A stretch of 61,838 nucleotides of DNA, the filler included, from Choristocarpus tenellus KU-1152 (lineage: Eukaryota > Protista > Phaeophyceae), in the NCBI GenBank assembly GCA_964200185.2. It is 8 parts of 8 records of this genome, joined end to end, with 100 filler letters (N's around TTAATTAATTAA, not from the genome) between each part and the next. Parts side by side here need not be neighbours in the genome. Positions count along the whole stretch, not along the records: positions 1 to 13,021 come from CAXNAD020001612.1; 7 more parts are not named here. One strand, given 5' to 3'. How positions within the stretch are numbered: position 1 is the first letter of the stretch; each line of letters begins with the position of its first letter. A program made the translations under genes and the position numbers. The notes below the pieces were generated by a model. It saw nothing but the letters and a program-made list of their open reading frames with translations, had not been told where the DNA came from and ran no database searches. Positions 1 to 11,051 of this stretch are shown in pieces.

Positions 1-25
1 CGTTTTTTTTTTGGGTGTGAGAGGG

Positions 26-57
<32 letters not shown>

Positions 58-192
58 TGGGGGGGTGAGAGGAAAAGTAAGAGATGTGTTGGTAGTCCTG
101 TCGTGGTGATTGTGGTATTGCCGGTGATTGGAGGTGACAAGGGGATTTGGATGGATGGGGGTAGGAAGGAGTTGCTCCATAATGTCACTCAG

Positions 193-1619
193 CAAGGAGA
201 AGCTCACCTTTGGTGTGCTATGGTGAACTTTGTCTGTGTGAGCCTCTCCCCATGTTTTCAAAGTATCCTCTGTTGCTACCACCCTTGCCCACTTCCAACA
301 ATGGCAGGACATTCCAAGAGGTTGTTGCTGGGACCTGGCCTGCCCTGGATCGCATAGAATCACTCTCCTTTAAGGTGAAGCGAAGGGGATGGAAGCAAAA
401 AGTCACCCACTCCGCTTTGTACCCCCTTTCTGTAGCACTAGTTATAGGTGTACGGGCATGTAGCTGTTCACTTCGAACAATAGATGTGTAGATAGTGGAA
501 CCTTGACATCTGGTGGATGCACTGACAGTTATTTACTGCCCACATAACTGACTTTCAATGTCTCTGCTCCAACTCACAACACCCCTTGAAGGTCCTTGAA
601 TCCACCATGACACGTGCCCCACCCAGGCCGGCCTGGGTGCTCTGATGGGTTGCGCGATGTGCTGGGGAAGTAAGGTGGGCATATACCACCTGGTGTTCCT
701 TCCGATCATTTGTCTTGAACTGCAGGGAGGAGTGCCCTCCATTTGGGGAGCCGTCGATCTATGCGCACTGTGCATGGTGGCTGCAGGTTAGTGATGTGCC
801 ATCACCGTTGAGCGGGAATGAGTCTGGTAGCCTCATGAAGGATACTTGTATGGACTCTGAAGTAGTAGTGAGGGATTGAGGAAGTGACTCTCTGTTTGTT
901 TTGGGAGCATAAACTTGCTCCAAGTTATGGCCCGCTCACCTTGCCCCGTGTAGAGCAATGAGAACCTCTTTGGAGGAGGAGTAAAGAAAATCTGTTGTGT
1001 GTTGTGTACAAAACCGTTGAGTGTATGCTGGTGCATTGTGTTTTATTCAAGTGTATCTCATGGTCGTATCATTTGTGTCTCCTTACTACATATCTCAATT
1101 GTGTCAGAACAACAAGCCGTTGCTTCCCCCCTTCACTCTTCATTGATCTCATAACCATTGCCAACACTTCCACCTCTCTCTCAACTCAAAGGTCTGTGCA
1201 TGGCACATGCCCTGCGTCCAAGGGGGCCGTGGGACCTCAAGCTTGCCCGCCGGGGCTTTCGCACCAATGTCTTGTTTGGAGACTTTGTTGAGGTGGCATA
1301 CCCCTTCATGGAGCGCAGCCCCCTATGTTGCCTTGCTGGGTACATCGGTGCAGCTCTCTCAGGTGTCTTGATTGCCATTTCTGGAGCCCGGTCGTGTGCC
1401 TATTTACCTCTTCCCCTAGCCTTGGCCATCTCAAATCGACCTGTATGGCTTGCTGGGGCAGCGTTGGCCGCGTTCTTGCCCCCCTTCATGGCAGGTTTGT
1501 GCCAAGTTCCATCAAGGTGCCAACCTCAAAATGATACGATCACTCCCTGTTCTTCCTCCACACATGCCTCGCAGTGGTCCTCTCCCAGTGAGGAGGTTGG
1601 TAAGAAGAAAAATGCCTGA
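193..1619 (+). CDS. PTS EIIC-like (PTS_EIIC_2-type) multi-pass membrane protein, 5'-partial; exons ~193-374, 627-786, 1192-1619
   Basis: GT-AG introns join in phase (AAG|gtgaag..ccag|GCC; GCA G|gttagt..aaag|GT CTG). Spliced peptide AGLGALMGCAMCWGSKVGIYHLVFLPIICLELQGGVPSIWGAVDLCALCMVAAGLCMAHALRPR...TNVLFGDFVEVAYPFMERSPLCCLAGYIGAALSGVLIAISGARSCAYLPLPLALAISN follows the motif order I recall for bacterial 'PTS sugar transporter' IIC-like proteins (GxYHxxxLPIxxLE..S.xGAxD..LxMVxAG; FGxFVExAYPFM; AYxP). Ends KKKNA*. The first exon is less certain. Confidence 0.72.
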
Positions 1620-2618
1620 GCGGCAACTTAAGGAGGATATTGGAGGAGGAGAAGGTAGAGGTAGGGCTGGGTGAGAACGATACTTTTGCTTTGTTTCCCA
1701 AGTGATTTTTTACTTTTTTGTACTCCTCTTCCTCAGAGTCACACATCTCAGAAGAGAAATAAATGGAGGCCTGAGGATGGGATAGGCGGAAAGCACCAGC
1801 ATTTGGTAGTGCCAGAAAGTTCTATTCATAGTGCAACAAAGTTGACTTGTATCGATGCTTTTGCATGGCTTAAGAGTTCCTGTTGGAGAGGATGGAGAAC
1901 AGCCACCTTTCTTACGGGGGTCTCTAGCTAGAGTGGCTGGAAAGGAGTACCGTGTATTAGGTTAAGATTTTGTCTCCAGCACGCCCAGCACTTGGTGTGC
2001 AGACTTCCTTCAATGCTGGAATAGACTGGAATAATCAAAAGCAATCGTTGTCCACAAGGACTTGAGAGGGAAATGGAATATTCTCGAGGTGGTTTATGGG
2101 ATAGCCTGCACGTGCTTGCATTAGAAGGAGAGCGTGGTGTGGAGCCTCCTTCCACATTCCATCCTTGCAGCAATTGTATACTCAGTATTGTTAATCGTAA
2201 GTGTATACTCCTGATGTAGTTGTATGGATGGATGGTCTATTATCTTTTTTTTTGTTTTTGTTATACAATGAGGGGGGAAACCCACCAGGTGTATGGAACC
2301 ACTGAAGTGATACGTGAGAGATTGCAACTTGATGAGCTCTCTGTGATTTGTACTCTCGAATACCATGCGCATACTCTCACCTTTAAGTATTCTTGCATGT
2401 GACGTATTTGCTCTCATGAATTAGGGTGTCTCAACATTTAATATCTATGCTAAAGAGGTACCTAGAGACATCCGAGGAGGGGCAGTCCACAAGGGAGGGC
2501 GTATGAGACAAACCACAGTATCTGCTTGCAAGACCGAAAAGGATGACCCTTTTGTCAATACTTGGCAAACGGAACTATGTAGAAAGGAGGTACATATTGA
2601 ACTTGGAGGGAGAGATTG

Positions 2619-2876
2619 GAGTCAAACCAGCTGAGAGGTAGGCAGGGTTGCATTTTTAGGATCCTGAGCAAGGACAAAAAGATACCGTTTTGTACAGCTA
2701 CAGAAAGAGCCTTTGATGAATTGTAGTGTTGTTTTTTGCGTGTGAAGGGGGAATATCGATTTTCCATACACTATTGTCGACATAAGGCAATGACATATCG
2801 TGTATTGGACAAACTAAGAAAGATGGCTTAGAATGCAAATGGTCCAAACTTTCCCACCTCTCAGTTGGTTTGGCTC
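2619..2876. mobile_element. MITE family B (Sola2-like, non-autonomous), 258 bp
   Basis: TIRs GAGTCAAACCAGCTGAGAGGTAGG / CCCACCTCTCAGTTGGTTTGGCTC; flanks ATTG/ATTC (3 of 4 match); homologous to 25969-26552. Confidence 0.8.
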
Positions 2877-3324
2877 ATTCTCAAGAAACCATAGTAGTGG
2901 TTGAAAACGTTCTATGCAGGTAAGCAATGGAATGATTAGACGACACGCCTTACACTCATTGAAATGGAACTTTGTGAGTGGTAGTTAAACACAAGATAGG
3001 CACTTTATGGTGATTTGGTTCTTGATCAAAATCGACTTTACATTGTTTCTACTTAAATACTCGAGGTTGAACATTTCAATGTGCACGGATGAGCACAACA
3101 TGGATCAATGTACATATATGAAGAGTTTGCCTCTCCTGCACACTGTACATACCCTTTCAGTTTCTTGCAATGGGGGGGTTCTGTGGTACTTGGGCTGAGT
3201 ATCAGATACCCTCTAGAATTTTGTGGGGTGTTTGCACACTATGTACAGGAATAAAACATTTAATTGGTACTTTGAATAATAGTGGTGAGTTCATCAAAAG
3301 CAACATTTGTGCTGCACCAAACAA

Positions 3325-4044
3325 TTAGAAATCCAGCCTAGACCTCTTTGTATCCAGTCGGGGAACTGAAGCATTACAAGCTGAAGTAAAGCAAACATCC
3401 TTGTCATCCATGAGACTCGTCAGGATACTGGCAAGCAACACTTCCACCGCCTCATGCCCGATGTTGCTGGTCAATTCATCTTCCATTTTTCTATGTAGGG
3501 ACACATAGGTTGTGACGGTTGTTCTTCATATGTGTAGGCAGAACTTTACTGACACAGCATTCAACAAGTCCAAGTATATTTAATGCACAGAGGTAACGCA
3601 TGCATGCATATATCCTTCCCGTTACTGGACTCCTCCTTGGGATGATGGACCGTAGGCTATGCACTATGTGATGGTTAATACTCGTATTGTTCACTTTGTT
3701 GCACTATTTAGAGCACATCAATACACCAAGCATAGGATGTCCACGCCAGGGCAAGGCCCACTCCACGCAAGATTTTCAAGCTAACTTCTTCATGTACTAG
3801 AACAACAATACTACTTAAAGGCACTGGCCGTATCGACTCTCTTGGCCCTCAGCTTATGTTCTCCAGCACAGTAAAATAAATACTCAATCTGTTCACATCT
3901 CCCTCCTTGAATCCACCGGGGAAGAAGCGAAGATCCAACTATTTCAGCAAGAATATCCCTTCCATCCATATCCTGCACTCCAAATCCACCTGTCTCCTCG
4001 ACTCCAGGTCCATCCCCTCTCACAGGTTTCTTTGCACGCCCCAT
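3325..4044 (-). CDS. Possible extra or alternative 3' exons (~3815-4044 and 3325-3490) of the adjacent minus-strand gene
   Basis: TTT AA|gtagta ... catag|A AAA ATG joins in phase: ..RVDTASAFKKMEDELTSNIGHEAVEVLLASILTSLMDDKD..RLDF*. No homology recognised; overlaps the end of the 4020-4275 exon in another frame. Confidence 0.3.
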
Positions 4045-6113
4045 GAATCTTTGGTTAAATCGTTCCCTTCCCTACCGAGTACCTTCCTTGCCTTCCCCCC
4101 TGCCTGTCTGTTCAGTGGTCCAGGTCCTGGAGCAGAATTTTCGATGACAGGCCAAGGTTTCTCCCTCAGACCCTCTAATGGTTGGCGCAAGCCAGCTAGG
4201 CATGCCTCAATAGGTCTGTCACTGGGTATAGATAGGGCCCTTTGGAGTGTCTTGGCCGACACAACCACCCCAGCGCTTGTGTAGACCAAATATGATAATT
4301 ATGAGATAGAATGCCGTGCATGGGAGACAGGGGTGTGTGGAATTATGTTGAGGGACAGGGAGAGGAGAGAGAATGGATACACGTGGTTGAGAAATTCAGG
4401 CCAGATAACTACCTGACAATGTTCATTATCCAAGAGGCAGAGAATGGGACTTATCACAAATGGCTGCGGTTTGGTTAAAGTTTGAGACCATGTACACAAT
4501 ACCTAGTAGCTCTTATCCTAGACGTGTAGGGGTAATAATTTTTGGTGGCACTCGCCTTCATATGCTTTTTTTGACGAAGAGCCTGATTCTAGATTCGCAA
4601 GTGGAAGGAGTAAAACGTGCTTCTTTTGTTCCACATTATTGTGGAACACTCGATACACCACCTCAAAGTACAACTATTGTAGTCCCTAGGTGGAACAGGT
4701 CAGAGCACAGGAAAAGAGCTCCCCAATATGAAAAGGGTAGCAATATGTGGGGAAACCAAAAGCCTCTCTACTTCGCCCCCTTCCTCGATTTTCTACTCCA
4801 GAAGGCAGAAATTTCTTTGCACTCCCTCAGCTCATCGCCTTTACATTTTTTCAAAATTCTCAGGAGCAGGAAGCACGTACCGGGCCAAGGCGTTGGAGAT
4901 ACTCTGACGCTCCGCTTCTTGTTCTTGCGCCAAGATGCTCTGGACCTGAGGTTGGGGGTGGGCACGAAAAGGAAGCAAAGGCGTCGAGCATAGGCAGCTA
5001 AGGGAGTGCCAAATCAGGCATGTGATGAAAGAAGCCAAAAAAACAAGTGATAAGGCAGCAAACTATCATCCATAAGCTATCTTTTTCCGTGATGTGTTCA
5101 TAGGCAGAAGAGATAGACTGAGGTGCTGGCTTGGGGACCATTGGTCTGCCTGTCTACACCATTTTATAGTATCTGCTCTTTCCCTCAACACTCTGTTCCT
5201 GCTGTTGTAACACAGTACATTCGGGGTGCGTGCCATCCATTGGACCTCCTCTAACCTCAACCTTAGATAGGGCCAATATTGTGTCAGACGGAGCACTCAA
5301 TAGTAAATGCTTAGTTGGGCAAGTTGATGCGAGCCCCAGCCCCCCCTGAGAAATGACTCATCTGATAAAGAGATGTTTCAATCACTGAAAGTCATCGAGG
5401 GTATTCAGGACGAAAATGCTCAATATATATATGTATGTCTAGTGACTGGGTGAGGAGCACACATGACCCCACTATGCCACTTGGCATTAATCATATGTAG
5501 TAGAGTAGGAAATACGTACGCTTTTGAATCAAGCCGCAAGGCCTTCTGTAGTTGGAAAAAATACTTAATTGTGTTCACCGACTACCCTGCCTCAGCGCCC
5601 GATTCTTCATCTGAAACCTTTTTCAGACAGGCAAAAATATTAAAAAAAAAAAGATACCATAGCCGCAAGCCCCTGAGACAAGCAATCAAACAAGCAGCTC
5701 TCTGGTAGGGCAACCTCTATACACTCAGGCGGTGTATGCCCATGAGGACATTTCCCTGCTGAGGCTGAACGTACAAGAAAGGAACTTTGGTGTGTGAAAA
5801 AATATCAAGCCTTTCCGATACATGCTTTTAAAAACAATATTCAAAGCAAAATCACGCCGGGGTAAACAGCAAATAGCAACAATAGCACATACGTACAAAG
5901 ACAACAGCATAGGAAGCCAACGAATTAATGCTATCTTCGCTACACCAGAAAATCGTCGTTAGATCACATAGGTGAGAGCGCGTGTGCAGAAGCATGAGGG
6001 AACAGAACAAACCTTTGAGCCACTGCAACTAGGGAAGTGGGCTTCCACAAAATCCCTTGCCGAAGCATACATGCACACTCTATGAACCGCCTTTCCTCCG
6101 CTGCGTTTCCCCT

Positions 6114-6144
<31 letters not shown>

Positions 6145-9100
6145 TTTCTTGACCTTGCCCCTCTTTTTCCCCTTGGGGCCCTTGCTGGACCCCACAGACC
6201 CCACGCCCCGCTTCGGCGAAGACTTTTTGCCCTCCCTTCCCCGTTTCTCCTGACCCCTTCTGGGGATCCTTTGCCCTCTCTTGCGTGGCGAAGGTTGCTT
6301 TCCTCTCCCTCCTACAGGCTTGCTGGGTATACTGCACTGAACAGCAGCAGAGTAGTGGCCCTCTATCTGTATCGGTGTTCAGTTGATGAGGGCGGTGGTC
6401 AGCGGTGCATATAACCAACCTGATCACAGTGTACGAAACCAACCTCCCCCAGAAGATATCCGTATGGAGTGAAAGTATCTTAGAAGGTACGAGTTTTGCC
6501 CTGTTTTTCCATTTGGGGCTTGGCTTCCCACGGGTTTTTAATGACATTTTAACCACTCCAAAATGTTTTTGAGTAGGTAAAATGCATACGCTATGAAAAG
6601 GTGTGTCCGGATCAAGGATATTGACATCTCCTAACAGACGTGATAGCCAAAATTACATCAAAATTGCATCCTTGGATTTTTGGCCCCCAAATGGACGCAG
6701 CTCTACCCTCTAAGATACTTTGACTCAAGGTTAGTACTGGATGGTCCTCGCCATGCACTCTAGAACAATATCAAACGCATTGTAGAATCGGTCACAACTT
6801 GTCTCTCATGTTTGGTGCCTTTATGCTGAGTGGCAGATGCCACTGCTTTCCAACTATGATCACTTGTTCGGAAGAACTGGAATATGAATGAAGGTTCGGG
6901 CTGAAGTACGTTTTCGCACTGGACTACCAAGGCCGCAGCATATACCATATGCATATGTATTATGATTCTTGTATCATCAGCAACAAAGACCTCTCTGTGA
7001 TACAACCGTGCAGCATGTAGACACCCCAAGCAAACCACTTCATCCTACAGCATTTTACTTCTGCCTGTGTCCTGTATACCCCTATGGTCGACAAAAGTAG
7101 ACCGTAACATGCAATGTATGTATGAGCATGTAGGTCAGGCGGGTACACAGGTTCCTCTTCAAATACGTTAAGCATTCGATAAGGGAGTCGGCAATCTCAA
7201 TGCAGATGATGCAGTCATGCAGGTTTTTGTATGAAATCCAGAGGAAATTATTTTCGCACTCCAGGTTTGAAACCCCCTAACTTGGAGTTACTTGCAGCAC
7301 ATCACTACTATCAAGAATATGCATTTTTGGTTGAATGGAGTGGTGTGTCGGTTCCATTAACCCTGGTTTTGCCCTAGATGCTCATGTGGTACTAGAAGTG
7401 ATAGCAGCGCATTACATTGAACTATCTGCTGCCAAGACTCATTGAATATGGGAGGCACAGCAAGAAGCAGGAAGCCATAGACGATGGTAAGAACGCTATA
7501 GCCCAGGAATTTCCCCTCCCCTAGTACAAATTGCTGAAGTTGAAATCCTGGAACAGCGACTCTGATGTGAGCCACCAAGTGCTTGTCAAGTCTTTGTATT
7601 GTCTAAGTGAGATAGAACATAAAGCACCCCTTTGATTTGCATTTCGACCCTGTAGAAAATCGGGATGGCTGATTATTTCGGTTGCATGGAGTTTGAATCT
7701 ACCTCTAACATAGGGCATGTACTCAACCACAAAAAAGAAAATATACATTTTTATTGTAGTACTCCGAAGTACAAGTTAATTGTTGCTTTTGTCTCCACAC
7801 CTTCATTAGCAAAAGTTCAACCTCCAATAATGAGTGCGCCAGAATAAATATTTCTTGCATTGTTTGTAGTATTTGCGAGAACCTTTGCCATTAGGCAGAT
7901 ACAGAGTACACTTCATGGCTTCCTATTGCTCCCCTGATTGATCATGCTCGGACGGGGCATAAGAGAAGAAACATTTATCATTCGGAATAGAGTGGCACCA
8001 GTATAAATTAGGTGTTCTATTGAACTATACCTTTGAAATAAGATTATTGCAGGTATGTTTTTTTTTAGATCTATGGGCAAGGAGTATCTAGAATATGGTG
8101 GTGGGTATAATCAGATGCCGAAGGGTTTACTTGAAGAGTTTTCCATGTACCAGTACTGCACAGATCTTTTTAGAAACTGATGCTACAAGAGGGCCAGAGC
8201 AACCAGAATCCAGGCACAACAGGTATCCTTACCACCAGTTATTGTGGGAAAATCCTCACAAGCACAAAAAAACGTTAATGCAAACTTGCACTCTCAAGCT
8301 CCCTTCTTCCCTGCATCACTGTGTTTCACCCCAATCTTCCCACTAGACCCATCAATGTAGATTAGAACATTTCAATCTGCACAGAGTACTATTGCCCCAC
8401 CTGGGCCAGAGTCCCTTCAGACAGTACTTCTCTCCTGCTTTCTAACTCCAGCTGCTGGTAGCTTAGCTCAGCATCATCAAGTCCTAGTGTGCGTGCTGAT
8501 GAAACAGCTGAAACTGCTGACTGTATGGTCGGTCGGGTGTCCACCCACCTTTGGAATGCTGCAGAGGATGACCTGGAGAACTGCCCTGCCTCAGGCACAG
8601 TAGTAGCACCTGATGCTGGACGGCTTTTATCATCTTTGTACCCATCCCACTTTGTAATGGCAGTTGTGATCTGTGCTTGCATTTATTAGAGTGTGGGTGA
8701 TTTTGGTAATGAAAGAGTTGGTAGGGAGCGTGAGGTAATGGGAAAAGGAATGGGGCCAATGATGCTACTGAAGCAAAGAGACTGAGTACTGGCATTGAGA
8801 AATAAGGAAGAGAACATTTTCCTCTTCACGCAGAATGCATTGAAATGGGGAAACACTCAGGGGTCCCTCCTTACAAGTTACTTCTGTGTACCAAATACTT
8901 GAAAATGTTTTCAAAAAATATATCAAAGAGGAACCTGCTGTTGATTGGTGTGAAGCATTCTACTCTTTATGGAGAGGCATAGGCATAGATACAGGAAGAA
9001 CTCGAGGTGTTGCTGCAGAATGTGCACTTCGTATGAGGTGTGCTCTGCTACAATCTGGAACATACCACAACTTTTCTCTATTGACATCGTAGTGCAATTC

Positions 9101-10763
9101 CTCAACCAAGATATGAAAGACAGAGACCACTACAGATATACTATCTATTGCGACAAACAACAAAAAACATCAGAGTCTCCACCTACATCTCGTTGGGGCA
9201 CACTATGCCCCATTGTTGAACGTCCCATTGTTGAGCCAGTTCTTCTCACAGCAGCCAAGGTTTTGGCATTATTTGAGGAGGCCACATCACTCGATCTTCT
9301 TTGATTTGCAGCTGATTGTACCTCCGCTCTCCTCCTTTGTGCTGAAGCAACAGCCCTCCTGATATGTGGTGGGATGAAGAGACTATCTGCTGCTCCTTTA
9401 GGAAGTAACCTGTTGGCAGGAGCTGATGATGGTCTGCACTTAATTATCAGTGGCACCCTTGCTGCTACTACTGCTGGTGACCTTTCCCGCATGACCTCTG
9501 TGGCACTCACAATGGTTGAGCCTGTCTGTGTATTCCTCCACTGAGAACCTGCGGTTGAACGAATTGAAATGCCTCTAGCAGAACTGGGCCTTTCCAATTC
9601 CCTAACACCCTTGCGATCCCTGGAGGAATAGCGACGCTCTAGTATAGAAATCCGGTCATCAATGTCATCGTTATCTTCCCCAGGGTCCTCATAGATGTCT
9701 TCACCCATCAATGAGGGATCGTCAGGATGTTGCTGCGAACGAGCATTATTGCCACATTCCACACCCACAATGTCTGCTGCATGCCTTGACGCAGTGTCAT
9801 TGGTCATCTGACTCACCTTGTCATTTGGTTGCCAGGTTCCCAGCCTTGGCACAGCGGAGGCGGGTCTTCCCTCCACACCCATCCCCACACTTACCCTTCT
9901 CTCCACCAGAACCCCCTTCATCCCTGCATGCTCATTCAAAGACCGTGAGTAGTGTGGATAAGCTGATGATGCCCGACTGGGTGCTACCCTTTCTTCTGTG
10001 TAAGATGCAGTAGCCGCAGATATAGGACGAGAGGCTGGATGGCTTATGCTAGGATGATTCGGATGATACCCAATTCTTGATGCTGAGGCAAACCGAGAGC
10101 ATTCATTCCTCCAGAGGGTCCTAGACTCCAGCCGGGATCTGCACTAGCGGTGGGTGACGAGAGGGAAACGTGCAGGCAGTACTACTGCAGTTGGATTAGA
10201 TGAGGGTGAATGGGTTCACGATTTCTGTGACTGATTATGTCACAGTTGTCCAAGGGTGGTTGTTGTTCAACTGATGCCACGATACTTGGCGCCATCCGCA
10301 CATGAAAATGACAATCCAGCACTCACTTTTCCAAAGCCCATTGGTGTATGGCCTTGCGAACCCCAGCCTTTATTTCTTTTGTGACTGAAGAAAAGTTAGT
10401 GTAGTAGTTCTCTACCCTGCGTTCTCCAGTTTCGTCGACTTTGGCATTAGCACTCTCCCTCGCTTCTGGTGGAGTGTGCTCGCTGGGATCACGAACATTG
10501 CCCGACCTGCCCCAACTTCTGAAGAGACAAAAAGGGTTGCTAGGAAGTGGTCTTCGATGAATCCTAGCATTGGCATCGAGGACGGCCTTGTGCGCTTCTC
10601 TGTTGAGGCTGATGACTCCGTATGTGTTCGTCAACACGGTTACCGCTGATTGTGTAAATACCGCTTCATCTTTGCCTGGGAAACTCTTTGTGGTCCTCCC
10701 TCTGCGTCGTCTGGGTGACTTGGACCTTCTCTTTCTAGCGATATTAGGCATTTCTCCTGACAC
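4020..10763 (-). CDS. Uncharacterised multi-exon, largely disordered/basic protein (possibly flagellar/centrosomal); exons include 10327-10763, ~9190-10140, 8401-8670, 6013-6366, 4881-4945, 4020-4275
   Basis: Long ORFs bounded by splice sites (aa|gtgagt at 10326; cag|gtgggg at 8400; aag|gtttgt at 6012; cg|gtacgt at 4880). Recurring RPISA/RPASA/RPSSA/RPASG motifs and a K/R/S-rich block. The last two exons join as VQSILAQEQEAERQSISNALARAGVVVSAKTLQRALSIPSDRPIEACLAGLRQPLEGLREKPW. Several internal exons are unresolved. Confidence 0.6.
6467..6726 (+). mobile_element. MITE family A (Sola2-like), intronic copy
   Basis: ~23-bp TIRs GAGTGAAAGTATCTTAGAAGGTA / TACCCTCTAAGATACTTTGACTC; interior shared with the other full copies; TSD degenerate. 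Confidence 0.85.
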
Positions 10764-11051
10764 TCCTATCCTCTCATTCTGCTCACTTCGCCACCCGACC
10801 TCTCCGTTTTACCAAGTACCTCCGAGCACGTTTTTGGATCCTTTAGCACACAACTGGTGGCGGTTTCACGGAGTAACCGTAGCCCACTCTCTAGAAATAC
10901 CAGTACAATTATTACGTAGTTTGAACTAGTGCGTGAGAGATATAGACCATTAGCTTTGCCTGTGGCAATTGCTTGGAGTCGAACTCGATGTGCCAAAGAG
11001 AGTTGAGAGAAAACCTCAATGTGGGTGAGCAGGAGAGAAAGAGACAATTCG
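10764..11051. promoter_or_regulatory. Putative bidirectional promoter (288 bp between divergent ATGs)
   Basis: ATG at 10763 (-) and ATG at 11052 (+) point away from each other; inferred from gene arrangement only. Confidence 0.45.

Noticed and set aside
627-1619. Bacterial contamination as the source of the PTS-like sequence
   Set aside because: The reading frame is split by spliceosomal introns and shares a contig with host MITEs and eukaryotic genes
6080-6556. Recurrent ORFs with 'KTRGKPSPKWxNR..PSKIL' as a gene family (also 24519, 26004, 47441)
   Set aside because: They are translations of the non-coding MITE family A, with inconsistent frames and stops
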